Positions 21,414 through 30,148 of a stretch of 64,000 bases of DNA are shown piece after piece (within the stretch, counting starts at the first letter, position 1; the number at the start of each line of letters is the position of its first letter). This DNA comes from an uncultured Acidobacteriaceae bacterium. Lineage in GTDB: Bacteria; Acidobacteriota; Terriglobia; Terriglobales; Acidobacteriaceae. Location: contig CAWFUA010000004.1 of NCBI GenBank assembly GCA_963818945.1, positions 254,976 to 318,975 of the forward strand, in the 5' to 3' direction. The position numbers were made by a program, and so were the translations under genes. The notes beneath the pieces are model-generated. The model was not told the DNA's origin. It saw nothing but the letters and a program-made list of their open reading frames with translations, and ran no database searches.

Positions 21414-22676
21414 TTACGGCTTAACTTTGAACACCGTTCCACAGCCGTTTAAGCAGATATCGGGATTGCCAAGATAACCGCCCAAGGCGGTGGCGCCGTA
21501 GAGATTGCCGGCTTTGTCCTGAATCAGTGCGCCGATTGGGCCGCATCCTTCTGGTACACCTGCCAGATTGTGCAAGTTAGTTAGTTTGCCTTGGGCACTC
21601 AGCTTGAAAATCGTTCCGCACGTATTTGTATTTGGGCCCGATTGCGTGGTCCCATACAGGTTTCCGGCTGCATCGAGAATCACGGAGACAGGTACACTTC
21701 CATCGGAACCGCCGTGGAAGGCGTGCAAAACGATCTCGACACCTTTGGTGTTGACCTTGAATACGACACCGCAGCCTGCCCCGCCGTCATAAGGGCACTT
21801 AAGATCGCCGCCAGCGGAAGTCGTGCCGTAGAGATTGCCGGCCGAATCCAGTACCAGATTTCCGGAGGGAGTGCTGCCATCTTTTCCGCCGGAGAATTTG
21901 TGAAGCACAGTCTTTTTGCCGGACGCATCAAGCTTGAAGATTGTTCCGCAGCCTGACACCGGCACGCACCCCTTGCCGCCATGCAAGGTTGCGCCGAAGA
22001 TGTTGCCCGCGCTGTCTCGAATCAGACTGTTCGGTTCTGCTCCGTCCGCATGGTTGCGGAAGGAGTACAACACTGTGTATTTGCCCGCCCGTCCCAGCCC
22101 AAAAACCGTTCCACAACCTTCGCTGTTGGGGCACAGCGGATCATCGCTGCCACCTCCCAATAGAGTGGTGCCGTATAGGTTTCCGTTCGCGTCGCCGACT
22201 AAGTTTCCACTGGGTAAATTTCCGTCGGAGCCACCCGCGAAGTTGTACAACTCCGTGTAAGTGCCATTCTTGGCAACTTCGAACACAAGTCCGTAATCGA
22301 GGCCGCCACCCGCCGTGCCATACAGGTTGCCTTCCGCGTCCCGGACTACTCCCGAGGAACCCAATCCCAGGGACCCTCCCTCGAAGGTATGAAGCGGAGT
22401 CAACTTTCCGGCGGCGCTCAGGCGGAACGCAGTTCCGCAGCCTGGATGGAGAGACTGGTTGCAAGACACATCGGCGCCAAGCATGGTTGTGCCGTAAAGA
22501 TTGCCCCCCGCATCCCTAACCATGGTTGCGGTAGAGGGGTTGGCCCCGTCGGCTCCGCCGGTGAATGAGTACAGCACAATGAAGGTTGGCGCTTGCGCGG
22601 AAAGAGGTGGCTGGCCTAGCAGAAGGGCCAGACACGCGGTCGATAGAGCCAGCGCGGACATCCGAACGCTTACCAT
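21414..22676 (-). CDS. Secreted tandem-repeat protein (GloVer / Gloeo_Verruco-type repeats)
   Basis: 420 aa with a signal peptide and about 9 repeats of the pattern F.GG.DG..P...L..D..GNLYGTT..GG...CGT.FKL...G..T.L..F. Confidence 0.7.
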   Translation of the reverse strand: MVSVRMSALALSTACLALLLGQPPLSAQAPTFIVLYSFTGGADGANPSTATMVRDAGGNLYGTTMLGADVSCNQSLHPGCGTAFRLSAAGKLTPLHTFEGGSLGLGSSGVVRDAEGNLYGTAGGGLDYGLVFEVAKNGTYTELYNFAGGSDGNLPSGNLVGDANGNLYGTTLLGGGSDDPLCPNSEGCGTVFGLGRAGKYTVLYSFRNHADGAEPNSLIRDSAGNIFGATLHGGKGCVPVSGCGTIFKLDASGKKTVLHKFSGGKDGSTPSGNLVLDSAGNLYGTTSAGGDLKCPYDGGAGCGVVFKVNTKGVEIVLHAFHGGSDGSVPVSVILDAAGNLYGTTQSGPNTNTCGTIFKLSAQGKLTNLHNLAGVPEGCGPIGALIQDKAGNLYGATALGGYLGNPDICLNGCGTVFKVKP

Positions 22677-22715
22677 AAGAGTCTCCCCCGTCTAGTCTTC
22701 CCGCCGCGACAAGAA

Positions 22716-23003
22716 TAGTCAACCACGGGGTTCGAGATTTCCAGAAGGCAAAACGGGGCTTGACAGGCGTGATATATGAAAATCGCGGCTGGCAGGAGCG
22801 CGTTGGGACAGGTTTTCCGGTTTCGGAGGAGGCGGAACGGGGTGGTTCCCGCTTTCGCAACAAGCCGGGTGGGAGTGAGTTTGCTTTTCGACGTACTCAT
22901 TGCCCTGACCGCGCGCTCGCATGGGGCTCGCCTGATCACCTCGAACCGCGCCGATTTCGAGGCCATCCGCCGTTACTGCAAATTCCAACTTGAAGTGTGG
23001 TAA
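22716..23003 (+). pseudogene. Degraded PIN-domain (VapC-like) toxin remnant
   Basis: The C-terminal segment LLFDVLIALTARSHGARLITSNRADFEAIRR is a typical VapC C-terminal half. There is no N-terminal acidic-residue segment. The upstream part is spread over two frames (FPVSEEAERGG...) and there is no partner antitoxin ORF. Confidence 0.4.
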
Positions 23004-23034
23004 CGCCCGGTGCGATCCGCGAGGACGTCGCCCA

Positions 23035-23098
23035 CTCAAGCCAAAGGAAGGCTTGAGCGGGGCACCCTCGTGAGTTTGGATCCCTCGTGAGTTTGGAT
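23035..23098. repeat. Short hairpin followed by a perfect 17-bp tandem duplication
   Basis: CTCAAGCC-AAAGGAA-GGCTTGAG hairpin at 23035-23057. CCCTCGTGAGTTTGGAT occurs twice in tandem at 23065-23081 and 23082-23098. Confidence 0.8.
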
Positions 23099-23120
23099 CC
23101 GATAGGTCGGGCCACCCAAT

Positions 23121-23957
23121 TTAGAAGGGTCTGTAGATGCTGGTCACGGTGGCCACCCCGCCAGGAGGCATCGTTGGCGCGACGAACCACACGGCTACGA
23201 TCGAGCCAAGGCCCACGTACGGCAGACGGGTGTCCTCATGGTCGAACGGGGAACATGGGTTGGGCCCGGACTGGATGTTTTGCACGTAGGGAACTGAGAC
23301 GAAACCAGGCGGGAAATTGGGGGTGATCATCAGCCCTGCGGCCGTTTCCAACACTCCGTTCGCCGAGCCTAGCGTCGAGCTATAGGTGCTGTTGGCGCCG
23401 GAGAAACCCTCGGCGGCGTATCGCAACAGTGTGGCGCCGCGGCCGACACTCGAAAGGTTTTTCAGCTTCATTGTGACCTTCGCCGAACCAACGGCGCTCG
23501 CGGTAGCCGGCACATTCACGATGGTCTGCGTCAGTTGCCAGTTTCCGTCCGTGGTTGTCCGCGTTACCGTGACCGTATTGCCCTTCTGCTTCAACGTTGA
23601 GGCATTCCACAGGCCGCCGCCGGTCTCGCCGCTGTCGTAGCCCGCGTAGTCGTAATAGGCCAGGTCCGCGTCTTGGTCACAGAGTCCATAACCTTCCAAA
23701 TCCGCCGCATTCCCTGCCGGGGGGAACAATCGTATATTCCTCACGGAGAACTGGGGAATATTGCCGTTCACGGTAACGCAGAACTGCGTCGCTGTGTTGG
23801 AGGTTCCACTGGAATATGTGACCTGGCAGGCCTGACTCGCCTGGGGCGAATCTGCCTCCACCTTTTTCGTTGTGGGGTTTGGCTGGACTCGTTCTTGCGC
23901 CAGCACCACGGAAGTGAAACTTAGAATCAAACTGAACAACATGGTTTTGTTAAGCAT
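23121..23957 (-). CDS. Hypothetical secreted protein
   Basis: 278 aa with signal peptide MLNKTMLFSLILSFTSVVLAQE. I recognise no family. It shares an upstream motif with the next gene. Confidence 0.6.
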   Translation of the reverse strand: MLNKTMLFSLILSFTSVVLAQERVQPNPTTKKVEADSPQASQACQVTYSSGTSNTATQFCVTVNGNIPQFSVRNIRLFPPAGNAADLEGYGLCDQDADLAYYDYAGYDSGETGGGLWNASTLKQKGNTVTVTRTTTDGNWQLTQTIVNVPATASAVGSAKVTMKLKNLSSVGRGATLLRYAAEGFSGANSTYSSTLGSANGVLETAAGLMITPNFPPGFVSVPYVQNIQSGPNPCSPFDHEDTRLPYVGLGSIVAVWFVAPTMPPGGVATVTSIYRPF

Positions 23958-24039
23958 GGCAGCTATCTCCTTTTTTGAGGCATCTTGCCGATGTCCCCCT
24001 CAGGGGCTCACGCATCTGGAGCGTTTCGGTCCTCTGCCG

Positions 24040-24074
24040 CTAACAGCGCAAAGTCGTGGCAAATCTTGTCATCG
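24040..24074 (-). promoter_or_regulatory. Conserved upstream motif (copy 1) shared by the two secreted-protein genes
   Basis: TAACAGCGCAAAGTCGTGGCAAATCTTGTCATCGG lies ~83-117 nt upstream of the start at 23957. A near-identical block sits at the same distance from the start at 25268. Confidence 0.45.
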
Positions 24075-24197
24075 GTCTGCTAAGAAAGTTTTTCTGGAGG
24101 AAGCCCTTGGGTTTCCTCTTCATGCACAGTTGTAAAGTAACGGTTATTGCCGTTAAGCCTTCACCGCGGAAATGGCAGGGCTCGCGGCTCCGCGCCA

Positions 24198-25268
24198 TTA
24201 ACAGGGGTAAGTTTTGTAAAGGGTGTTGTAAAACGTGTTCATGCCAATGGATCCAGCCGATGCAACTATCCCATACTCGGTGAAGCTAATCGTGTTATCT
24301 GAAACGGTACCTGTGTGGCAAATCATATCAATGCCGTACGCGGGGCCTGAAATCTTGTTTCCCTTGACCGTCGTGCCGTCCACATTGACGACGATTCCGT
24401 AACTGGTAGGACTTTTAAATACTAGGTAGTCGTTGTTGGTTTGAATGGTGTTGCCTGAAATGGTCACATCTGTCGGATACGGCTCGCCGTCAACGAATAT
24501 AGCGTTGCCACTTTCTGGGTCGCCGCCCTCCGGCACCCTGGGGCCGGAAATAAAGTTTGTTTCTACCGTCCCAGTTACCCCATATAAGTAAATGCCGAAG
24601 CTTCCGTACGGCGCTGTCGGGAATACCTGGTTTCCGGCAATCTTTACCGTAAGGGTTGCATTCCCAAGTGTATCCAGACTACCGGCAATGATTCCCGCGG
24701 CTGAAAAGCTGTTCTCGACCGTAAAGGCCGTGCGAGCGCTAGTGGCATTCTCTGCCCAGATTCCAATTTGACAATCATTGCCGAGGCCGAAATAGCCCAC
24801 GTGGTTGAGCGTTCCGGATGCACCACTGGCGTAAAAAAATCCCACGGTCTTGAGACCGACGCAGAAAGGGGACGAGTCCGCGATGCTCTGCACGGAGACG
24901 TTTTGAATATTCACCGTGCCGGCCGTGACCCAGATGACGGGAGCGAGCGCACCTTTGAGTTCATATAGTGCGAATATTGCGCTGCTGGTCGTCTGCGGCG
25001 AACCGACAGGATAAATTTGCACGCCGTTCCCGCCATCTGCGGCCGAGCTATCCATCCCCTTAAGGGTCAAATCCTTCGAGATTATTAGCTGCTCGGAGTA
25101 AAGACCAGGACAAATCATAATGGTGGATCCCGGCGGCGCCGCGAGTACGGCTGCACCGATCGTCGGAAAGCTGCCGGATTTGCAGTTGCCGACGTAGCGG
25201 GTGCTTGCCGCTGCCGGGTAAACGCAAACAACCAGTACTGCCAACAACCAAATCGTCTTGGGTGACAT
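24198..25268 (-). CDS. Secreted right-handed parallel beta-helix (pectin-lyase-fold/NosD-like) protein
   Basis: 356 aa with a signal peptide and periodic G/N/I/V-rich ~22-25 aa turns (ISGNTIQTNN, VKGNKISGPAYGIDM, VSDNTISFTEYGI). Confidence 0.6.
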   Translation of the reverse strand: MSPKTIWLLAVLVVCVYPAAASTRYVGNCKSGSFPTIGAAVLAAPPGSTIMICPGLYSEQLIISKDLTLKGMDSSAADGGNGVQIYPVGSPQTTSSAIFALYELKGALAPVIWVTAGTVNIQNVSVQSIADSSPFCVGLKTVGFFYASGASGTLNHVGYFGLGNDCQIGIWAENATSARTAFTVENSFSAAGIIAGSLDTLGNATLTVKIAGNQVFPTAPYGSFGIYLYGVTGTVETNFISGPRVPEGGDPESGNAIFVDGEPYPTDVTISGNTIQTNNDYLVFKSPTSYGIVVNVDGTTVKGNKISGPAYGIDMICHTGTVSDNTISFTEYGIVASAGSIGMNTFYNTLYKTYPC

Positions 25269-25346
25269 ATAGGGTCTCCTGAAGACTTAGGACTGTTTCC
25301 GGTTCTGGCCGTTGCCCGGGACCGGAGGTTCTGTCCTTCTGTCTCT

Positions 25347-25380
25347 TAACAGCGCAAAGCGACGGCAAATCTAGTCATTG
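25347..25380 (-). promoter_or_regulatory. Conserved upstream motif (copy 2)
   Basis: TAACAGCGCAAAGCGACGGCAAATCTAGTCATTG lies ~79-112 nt upstream of the start at 25268. Confidence 0.45.
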
Positions 25381-25587
25381 CTTGAAAACAAAAATTGTTT
25401 CTGCGAGGAAATGCCGTAACTAGCCAATTTTTCAATTAGTTCACGTTGACGTGTAAAACAGCCGTGCTACTCTTGGAACCCGGATACTTTCCCTTCCCTG
25501 AGGGAGCTTCGTGGGACACGAGTCGGCGAGTCCGAAGGCTTATCGCCGCTCTCCCACTACTCGCTCAGACAACCCTCGATTCGTTTC

Positions 25588-25990
25588 TTAGTTGGAGATC
25601 TGGGCCGCAAGCGTACTTAAGGTGAAGGTGATGGTGTCAGAGGTCGGGTTGGCGCCGCCACCACACAGAGCGAAGGTGTTCGTGCCTTTCACCAGTCCGT
25701 CACTGGGAAATACGATCCACTGATGCGTCTGTTTGTACTGAAGTTGGTCGTCAAAAAACTCGATTAGTTGGGACCCGTAGGGAGTGCCTGGCCTCCGTTC
25801 AGACTAAGCTCAACGACAAATTCATCATTTTCCCGACCATCGGCGCTCTAGGTCACGATGACTGGAACCACAGCGGCCGGTTCGGTGATTGTGACTGTCT
25901 CCTTCCACAGAAAACAGCACTGGCCGGTGAAGGTCACGGGGCTATATTCGCGTGCGCCCTGGGTAGGAGGAACCGCAAAGGCGGTTGCCG
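25588..25990 (-). pseudogene. Gene remnant (multiple frame breaks, no start codon)
   Basis: My translation finds protein-like stretches in different frames: PVTFTGQCCFLWKETVTITEPAAVVPVIVT, then an in-frame TAG, then NDEFVVELSLNGGQALPTG, then a frame change to QLIEFFDDQLQYKQTHQWIVFPSDGLVKGTNTFALCGGGANPTSDTITFTLSTLAAQISN with its stop at 25590-25588. Confidence 0.3.
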
Positions 25991-26004
25991 GCGGGGCGCC
26001 AGCG

Positions 26005-27111
26005 TTACTCCGCCTGTTTGGTGATGTTCAGTAAGACGCCTACGCAAGCTAGGGTTACGAATAACGAAGAGCCTCCGTAGGAGACGAAGGGGAGGGGGAT
26101 GCCTTTGGTGGGCATGAGGCCTAGGACTACGCTGATGTTGATGAAGGCTTGCAGGACGATCATGCTGGTTATGCCGACGGCTAGGAAGCGTCCGAAGTTA
26201 TCTTGCGTGCGGAGGGCGGCGCGGGTGCCTCGCCAGAGGAAGACGGCGAATAAGACGATTACGGCTAGCGCTCCTACTAAGCCCAACTCCTCGGCAGTTA
26301 CGGCGAAGATGAAATCGGTGTGGGGCTCGGGGAGATAGAAAAGTTTTTGCTTGCCTTCCATCAGGCCGGTACCGGTGATGCCTCCAGTGGAGACGGCGAT
26401 TAACGACTGGAGAATGTTGAAGCCGCGGCCGAGAGGGTCAGCGCCGGGATGCAGGAAGGTGAAGATACGGTCGCGGCGATAGGAGACGTGGAAGATCAGG
26501 AAATAGAGCGGGACGATCGAGGCCGCGAGCGCGTATCCGAAATAGCGGAGGCGGATGCCGGCTACGAAGAGGATGCAGGCGGTGATTCCGGCGCAGGCTA
26601 TGGCGGTACCTAAGTCGGGCTGGAAGACGATTAGTCCTAGAAAAACTACTGTGGGGGCGATGGCGGGGAGCAGGGTGTTGCGCCAGTCGTCCATGGAATT
26701 GGTTTTGTTTTCCCGAGTCTTATCTTGTAAGAACCACGCTAGAAAGAAGATGAGCGCGGGTTTGGCTAACTCGGAGGGCTGGAAGGAAATTGGGCCTAAG
26801 TGGAACCAACGGTGCGTGCCGTGCGCGCGATCGAGAAAAAAGACCGAGATCAGGAATAGCGTGGTGAAGCCTAAGAGAGCGAAGATGAGCGCGGGGTGCT
26901 GGAGGCGTTTGTAGTCGATCTTTGTGGCGATGAGCATTACGGCCAGGCCGGCTACTGCCCACATGAGTTGCTTCAGCAGGAATTCGTAGGCGGAGCCGAA
27001 GCGCTCTTTGGCCATGACGGCGGAGGCGGAGAAGATCATGACCAGGCCGATAAAGACCAGGATGGTGGTGACGGTGAACATCCAGCGATCGACACTGACG
27101 CGCTTGGCCAT
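26005..27111 (-). CDS. ftsW: Peptidoglycan glycosyltransferase FtsW (SEDS family)
   Basis: 368 aa, ~10 TM, with SEDS motifs (QPSELAKP, HTDFIFA, GLMPTKGIPLPFVSYGGSS). Confidence 0.95.
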   Translation of the reverse strand: MAKRVSVDRWMFTVTTILVFIGLVMIFSASAVMAKERFGSAYEFLLKQLMWAVAGLAVMLIATKIDYKRLQHPALIFALLGFTTLFLISVFFLDRAHGTHRWFHLGPISFQPSELAKPALIFFLAWFLQDKTRENKTNSMDDWRNTLLPAIAPTVVFLGLIVFQPDLGTAIACAGITACILFVAGIRLRYFGYALAASIVPLYFLIFHVSYRRDRIFTFLHPGADPLGRGFNILQSLIAVSTGGITGTGLMEGKQKLFYLPEPHTDFIFAVTAEELGLVGALAVIVLFAVFLWRGTRAALRTQDNFGRFLAVGITSMIVLQAFINISVVLGLMPTKGIPLPFVSYGGSSLFVTLACVGVLLNITKQAE

Positions 27112-27291
27112 GGAACCCTTATTTCACCACGGAGACGCGGAGGCAGGGAGGGTTTTGGGCGAGGAATTTGGGCGGGGGATAACTTTGTTGGTACGGGCGA
27201 GGCTGCGCTGAGAGAGCAGAGGAGGTGGAGATTCCTCGCTTTGCTCGGAATGACAACACTTAGAAGAGTGCCCGACCACTCTTGATCGGCG

Positions 27292-28660
27292 CTACTTTTC
27301 TGCCGGGGTTGCGGCGAGCGTACGGACGGCTTCTTTGAAGACGCTGCCGCGATGCTCGTAATTCTGGAATTGATCGAAGCTGGCGCAGGCGGGGGCTAAA
27401 AGGACTACGTCTCCGGCGACGGCGGCCGCAGAGGCGTGCTGGACCGCGGTCTCGAGGGTTTCGGCGTGGTCGATTTCGGCGGCGCCCTGGATTTGGGATT
27501 CGATTTTGGCGGCGGCGGCTCCGATGGTGTAGACGCGCTTAACCCGGGCGCGCAGCAGGTCGTTCAGGACGGAGTAGTCGCTGCCTTTGTCTTTGCCTCC
27601 CAGGATCAGGTGAATATTGGCGGGGAAGGATTCCAGGGCTTTGATGGTGGCATCGACATTGGTGGCTTTGGAGTCGTTGTAGTAGTCGACGCCGGCAACG
27701 TTGGACAACGAACTCAAGGCGGTGCTCTACGGCTTTGAAATTCTGGACCGCTTGACGGATTTGATTGGGCTGGCAGCCGGCCAGCATGCCGACGGAGATT
27801 GCCGCGAGGACGTTTTCGAGGTTGTGGGCGCCCTTCAAAGAGATTTCGGAAAGCAGTATGATTTCGCTCTGGTGCTGGCCATCGCGGAAAAAGATGCGGC
27901 CTTCGTGGACATAGGCTCCTCGATCCATTTCCTTTTTGCGGCTGAAGCGGACGATCTGGGCGCGGGTGCGGTCGTGCAGGGCGGCGGTGGTGGCGTCGTC
28001 GGAGTTCAGGACGGTGAAGTCGTCGGGCTGCTGGTTTTCGAAGATGCGCGCTTTGGCGTTGACGTAGTTCGCGAAGGTCTTGTGGCGATCAAGATGGTCG
28101 GGCGTGATGTTGAGGATTACGGCGATGCGCGGACGGAAGTTGACGATGGTTTCGAGTTGGAAGCTGGAAACTTCGAGGACGATCCAGGTTGTGGGAGTGG
28201 CTTGTTCGACGAAACTGATGGCGGGTGTGCCGATGTTGCCTCCGACTAGAACTGGGAACTTCGCAGCGGCCAGGATTTCGCCGGCTAGCGAGGTGGTTGT
28301 GGTTTTGCCGTTGGCTCCGGTGATGGCGACGATGGGGCCGGGGAGGAACTGGGCCGCGAGTTCGATTTCGCCGATGACCTTTTCGCCTAGATTGCGGGCC
28401 TGGACTAGTTGCGGGGCATCGAAGGGAACGCCGGGGCTGACTACGATCAGGTCCTGACCTCGAAAAGTGCGGTCGCCGTGGCCGCCGGTTTCGACGGTGA
28501 TTCCGTGCTCGAGGAAGAGCAGGATTTCTTTGCGAAGCTCGGCTTCGGGCTTGGAGTCGGAGACGGTGACGCGGGCTCCGCGCGATTTGAGGAAAAGGGC
28601 GGAGGCTACGCCGGACTTGCCTAGGCCGACTACGAGTACGCGTTTGTCTTTGAGGTCCAT
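27292..28660 (-). pseudogene. murD: UDP-N-acetylmuramoylalanine--D-glutamate ligase, reading frame broken by an apparent 1-nt insertion (probably a sequence error)
   Basis: The N-terminal ORF (28660 downward) is good MurD (VVGLGKSGVA, ITGANGKTTTT) until ...FKAVEHRLEFV, then nonsense. The second ORF resumes at SNVAGVDYYNDSKATNVDA. The frames join if one nt is removed in GTTGTCC (~27704-27709). Confidence 0.85.
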
Positions 28661-28745
28661 TGGTTCTATTTCACCATAGAGTCACAGGGCGCGAAGGAAA
28701 GGATTGTTAATGCCGCGCTTATGCCGTTCCCTTCAATCAAATGTC

Positions 28746-28955
28746 TTACGAATGCCATGACCAGACGCTCACAGCTACGATTGCCGCCAAGAAAACGATA
28801 AGGGCCACGAGCATCATCCTTTGACGCCGCATGGCCTTCTTTTGGAGCTCAATAGCTTCCTGCTGGTTCTTGATTGCGTCTTTGTAGTTCTCCACATGTA
28901 ACTTCTGCAAGTCCCTGATCTCTTCCAGCAACTTAACCACTTGTTCATCGAACAC
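28746..28955 (-). CDS. Small tail-anchored membrane protein, hypothetical
   Basis: 69 aa: an N-terminal charged helix (LLEEIRDLQKLHVENYKDAIKNQQEAIELQKKAMRRQR) plus a C-terminal TM (MMLVALIVFLAAIVAVSVW). Visibly AT-richer than its mraY and murD neighbours and on the same strand. Confidence 0.5.
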   Translation of the reverse strand: MFDEQVVKLLEEIRDLQKLHVENYKDAIKNQQEAIELQKKAMRRQRMMLVALIVFLAAIVAVSVWSWHS

Positions 28956-29013
28956 TTGGTCCTCCGAATACGCTTATTGCGCAGCTCGCCGGCCTCGACT
29001 ATGCGTCGTTTTC

Positions 29014-30147
29014 CTACCTCAATTTTAATGTGGTGAGCGCGAATAGCGCGAACACCAGCGACGCGATCCAGAAGCGCACAATCACTTTCGACTCTGACCA
29101 GCCTAGCAGCTCGAAGTGGTGGTGGATGGGCGCCATTTTGAAAATTCGTTTCTTGCGCAGCTTGTAGGAACCGACCTGCAGAATCACCGAGAGCGCTTCG
29201 ATTACGAAGATTCCTCCGATGAAGGGGAGGAGCAGTTCCTGCTTGATCATGACGGCGACGGTGCCGATTGCGCCGCCGAGGGCGAGCGAGCCTACATCGC
29301 CCATGAAGACTTCGGCGGGGTGGGCGTTGTACCAGAGGAAGCCGATGGAGGAGCCGACCATGGCGCCGCAAAAAATGGTGAGTTCGCCGATTTGCGGCAT
29401 GCGCTGCAGTTCCAGGTAAGCTGCGAATGTGGCGTGGCCGCTGAGATAAGTGAGGACGGCCAGCGCGCCGGCGGCAATCACGGTGCAACCGATGGCAAGG
29501 CCATCGAGTCCGTCGGTGAGGTTAACGGCGTTGCTGGAGCCTACTATGACGATTACCACGAATAATACGAAGGGCAAAAAGGCAAAGGGCCAGAGTTGAG
29601 GATTCCTGGCCCAGCGTTCGATGACGAGGTCGGGATGGACCTGCTTGAAGAATGGGACCACGAGTTTGGTGGAGTATTCTCCGCGATGATCGAGGGCGAT
29701 CAGGGCGATGGCGATGACGACGCTCGACGCGATTTGATAACCGAGTTTGGCGCGCGCGGTGAGGCCTAGATTGCGGCGATGAACGACTTTGAGGTAGTCG
29801 TCAGTGAAACCGATGGCCGCAAAAGCGACGGTGGAGAACACGGCGATCCAGACGAAAGGATTGCTCAGGTCCGCCCAAAGCAGCGTGGGCACGAGAATCG
29901 CGATTGCGATCAGCAGGCCGCCCATGGTCGGCGTGCCGGCTTTTTTCTGGTGGGCCTGCGGGCCTTCTTCGCGGATGTATTGGCCGATCTGGAAATCGCG
30001 CAGACGCTGGATCACGATCGGGCCGACGATGAGTCCGGTAAAAAGAGCGGTGAGGCTGGCGAACGCGGTGCGGAACGTCAGATAACGGAAGATGCGGAAG
30101 GGCGGGAAGTAGTGATAGAGCTTCAGGTAGAGCAGCCAGTAGAGCAA
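29014..30147 (-). CDS. mraY: Phospho-N-acetylmuramoyl-pentapeptide-transferase
   Basis: 377 aa polytopic protein with NAVNLTDGLDGLA and MGDVGSLALGG motifs. It starts 1 nt after the murF stop. Confidence 0.95.
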   Translation of the reverse strand: MLYWLLYLKLYHYFPPFRIFRYLTFRTAFASLTALFTGLIVGPIVIQRLRDFQIGQYIREEGPQAHQKKAGTPTMGGLLIAIAILVPTLLWADLSNPFVWIAVFSTVAFAAIGFTDDYLKVVHRRNLGLTARAKLGYQIASSVVIAIALIALDHRGEYSTKLVVPFFKQVHPDLVIERWARNPQLWPFAFLPFVLFVVIVIVGSSNAVNLTDGLDGLAIGCTVIAAGALAVLTYLSGHATFAAYLELQRMPQIGELTIFCGAMVGSSIGFLWYNAHPAEVFMGDVGSLALGGAIGTVAVMIKQELLLPFIGGIFVIEALSVILQVGSYKLRKKRIFKMAPIHHHFELLGWSESKVIVRFWIASLVFALFALTTLKLR

Positions 30148-30148
30148 A

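Noticed and set aside
21339-26004. Calling the murG-ftsW island a defined mobile element (IS, ICE or prophage)
   Set aside because: No transposase, integrase, terminal inverted repeats or tRNA target are visible. Only indirect signs such as gene decay and toxin debris are present.
27700-27712. Programmed +1 ribosomal frameshifting in murD
   Set aside because: There is no recognisable slippery or stall context (for example a rare codon, or an SD-like stimulator as in prfB). Many other genes in the window show similar single-nt breaks, which favours sequence error.
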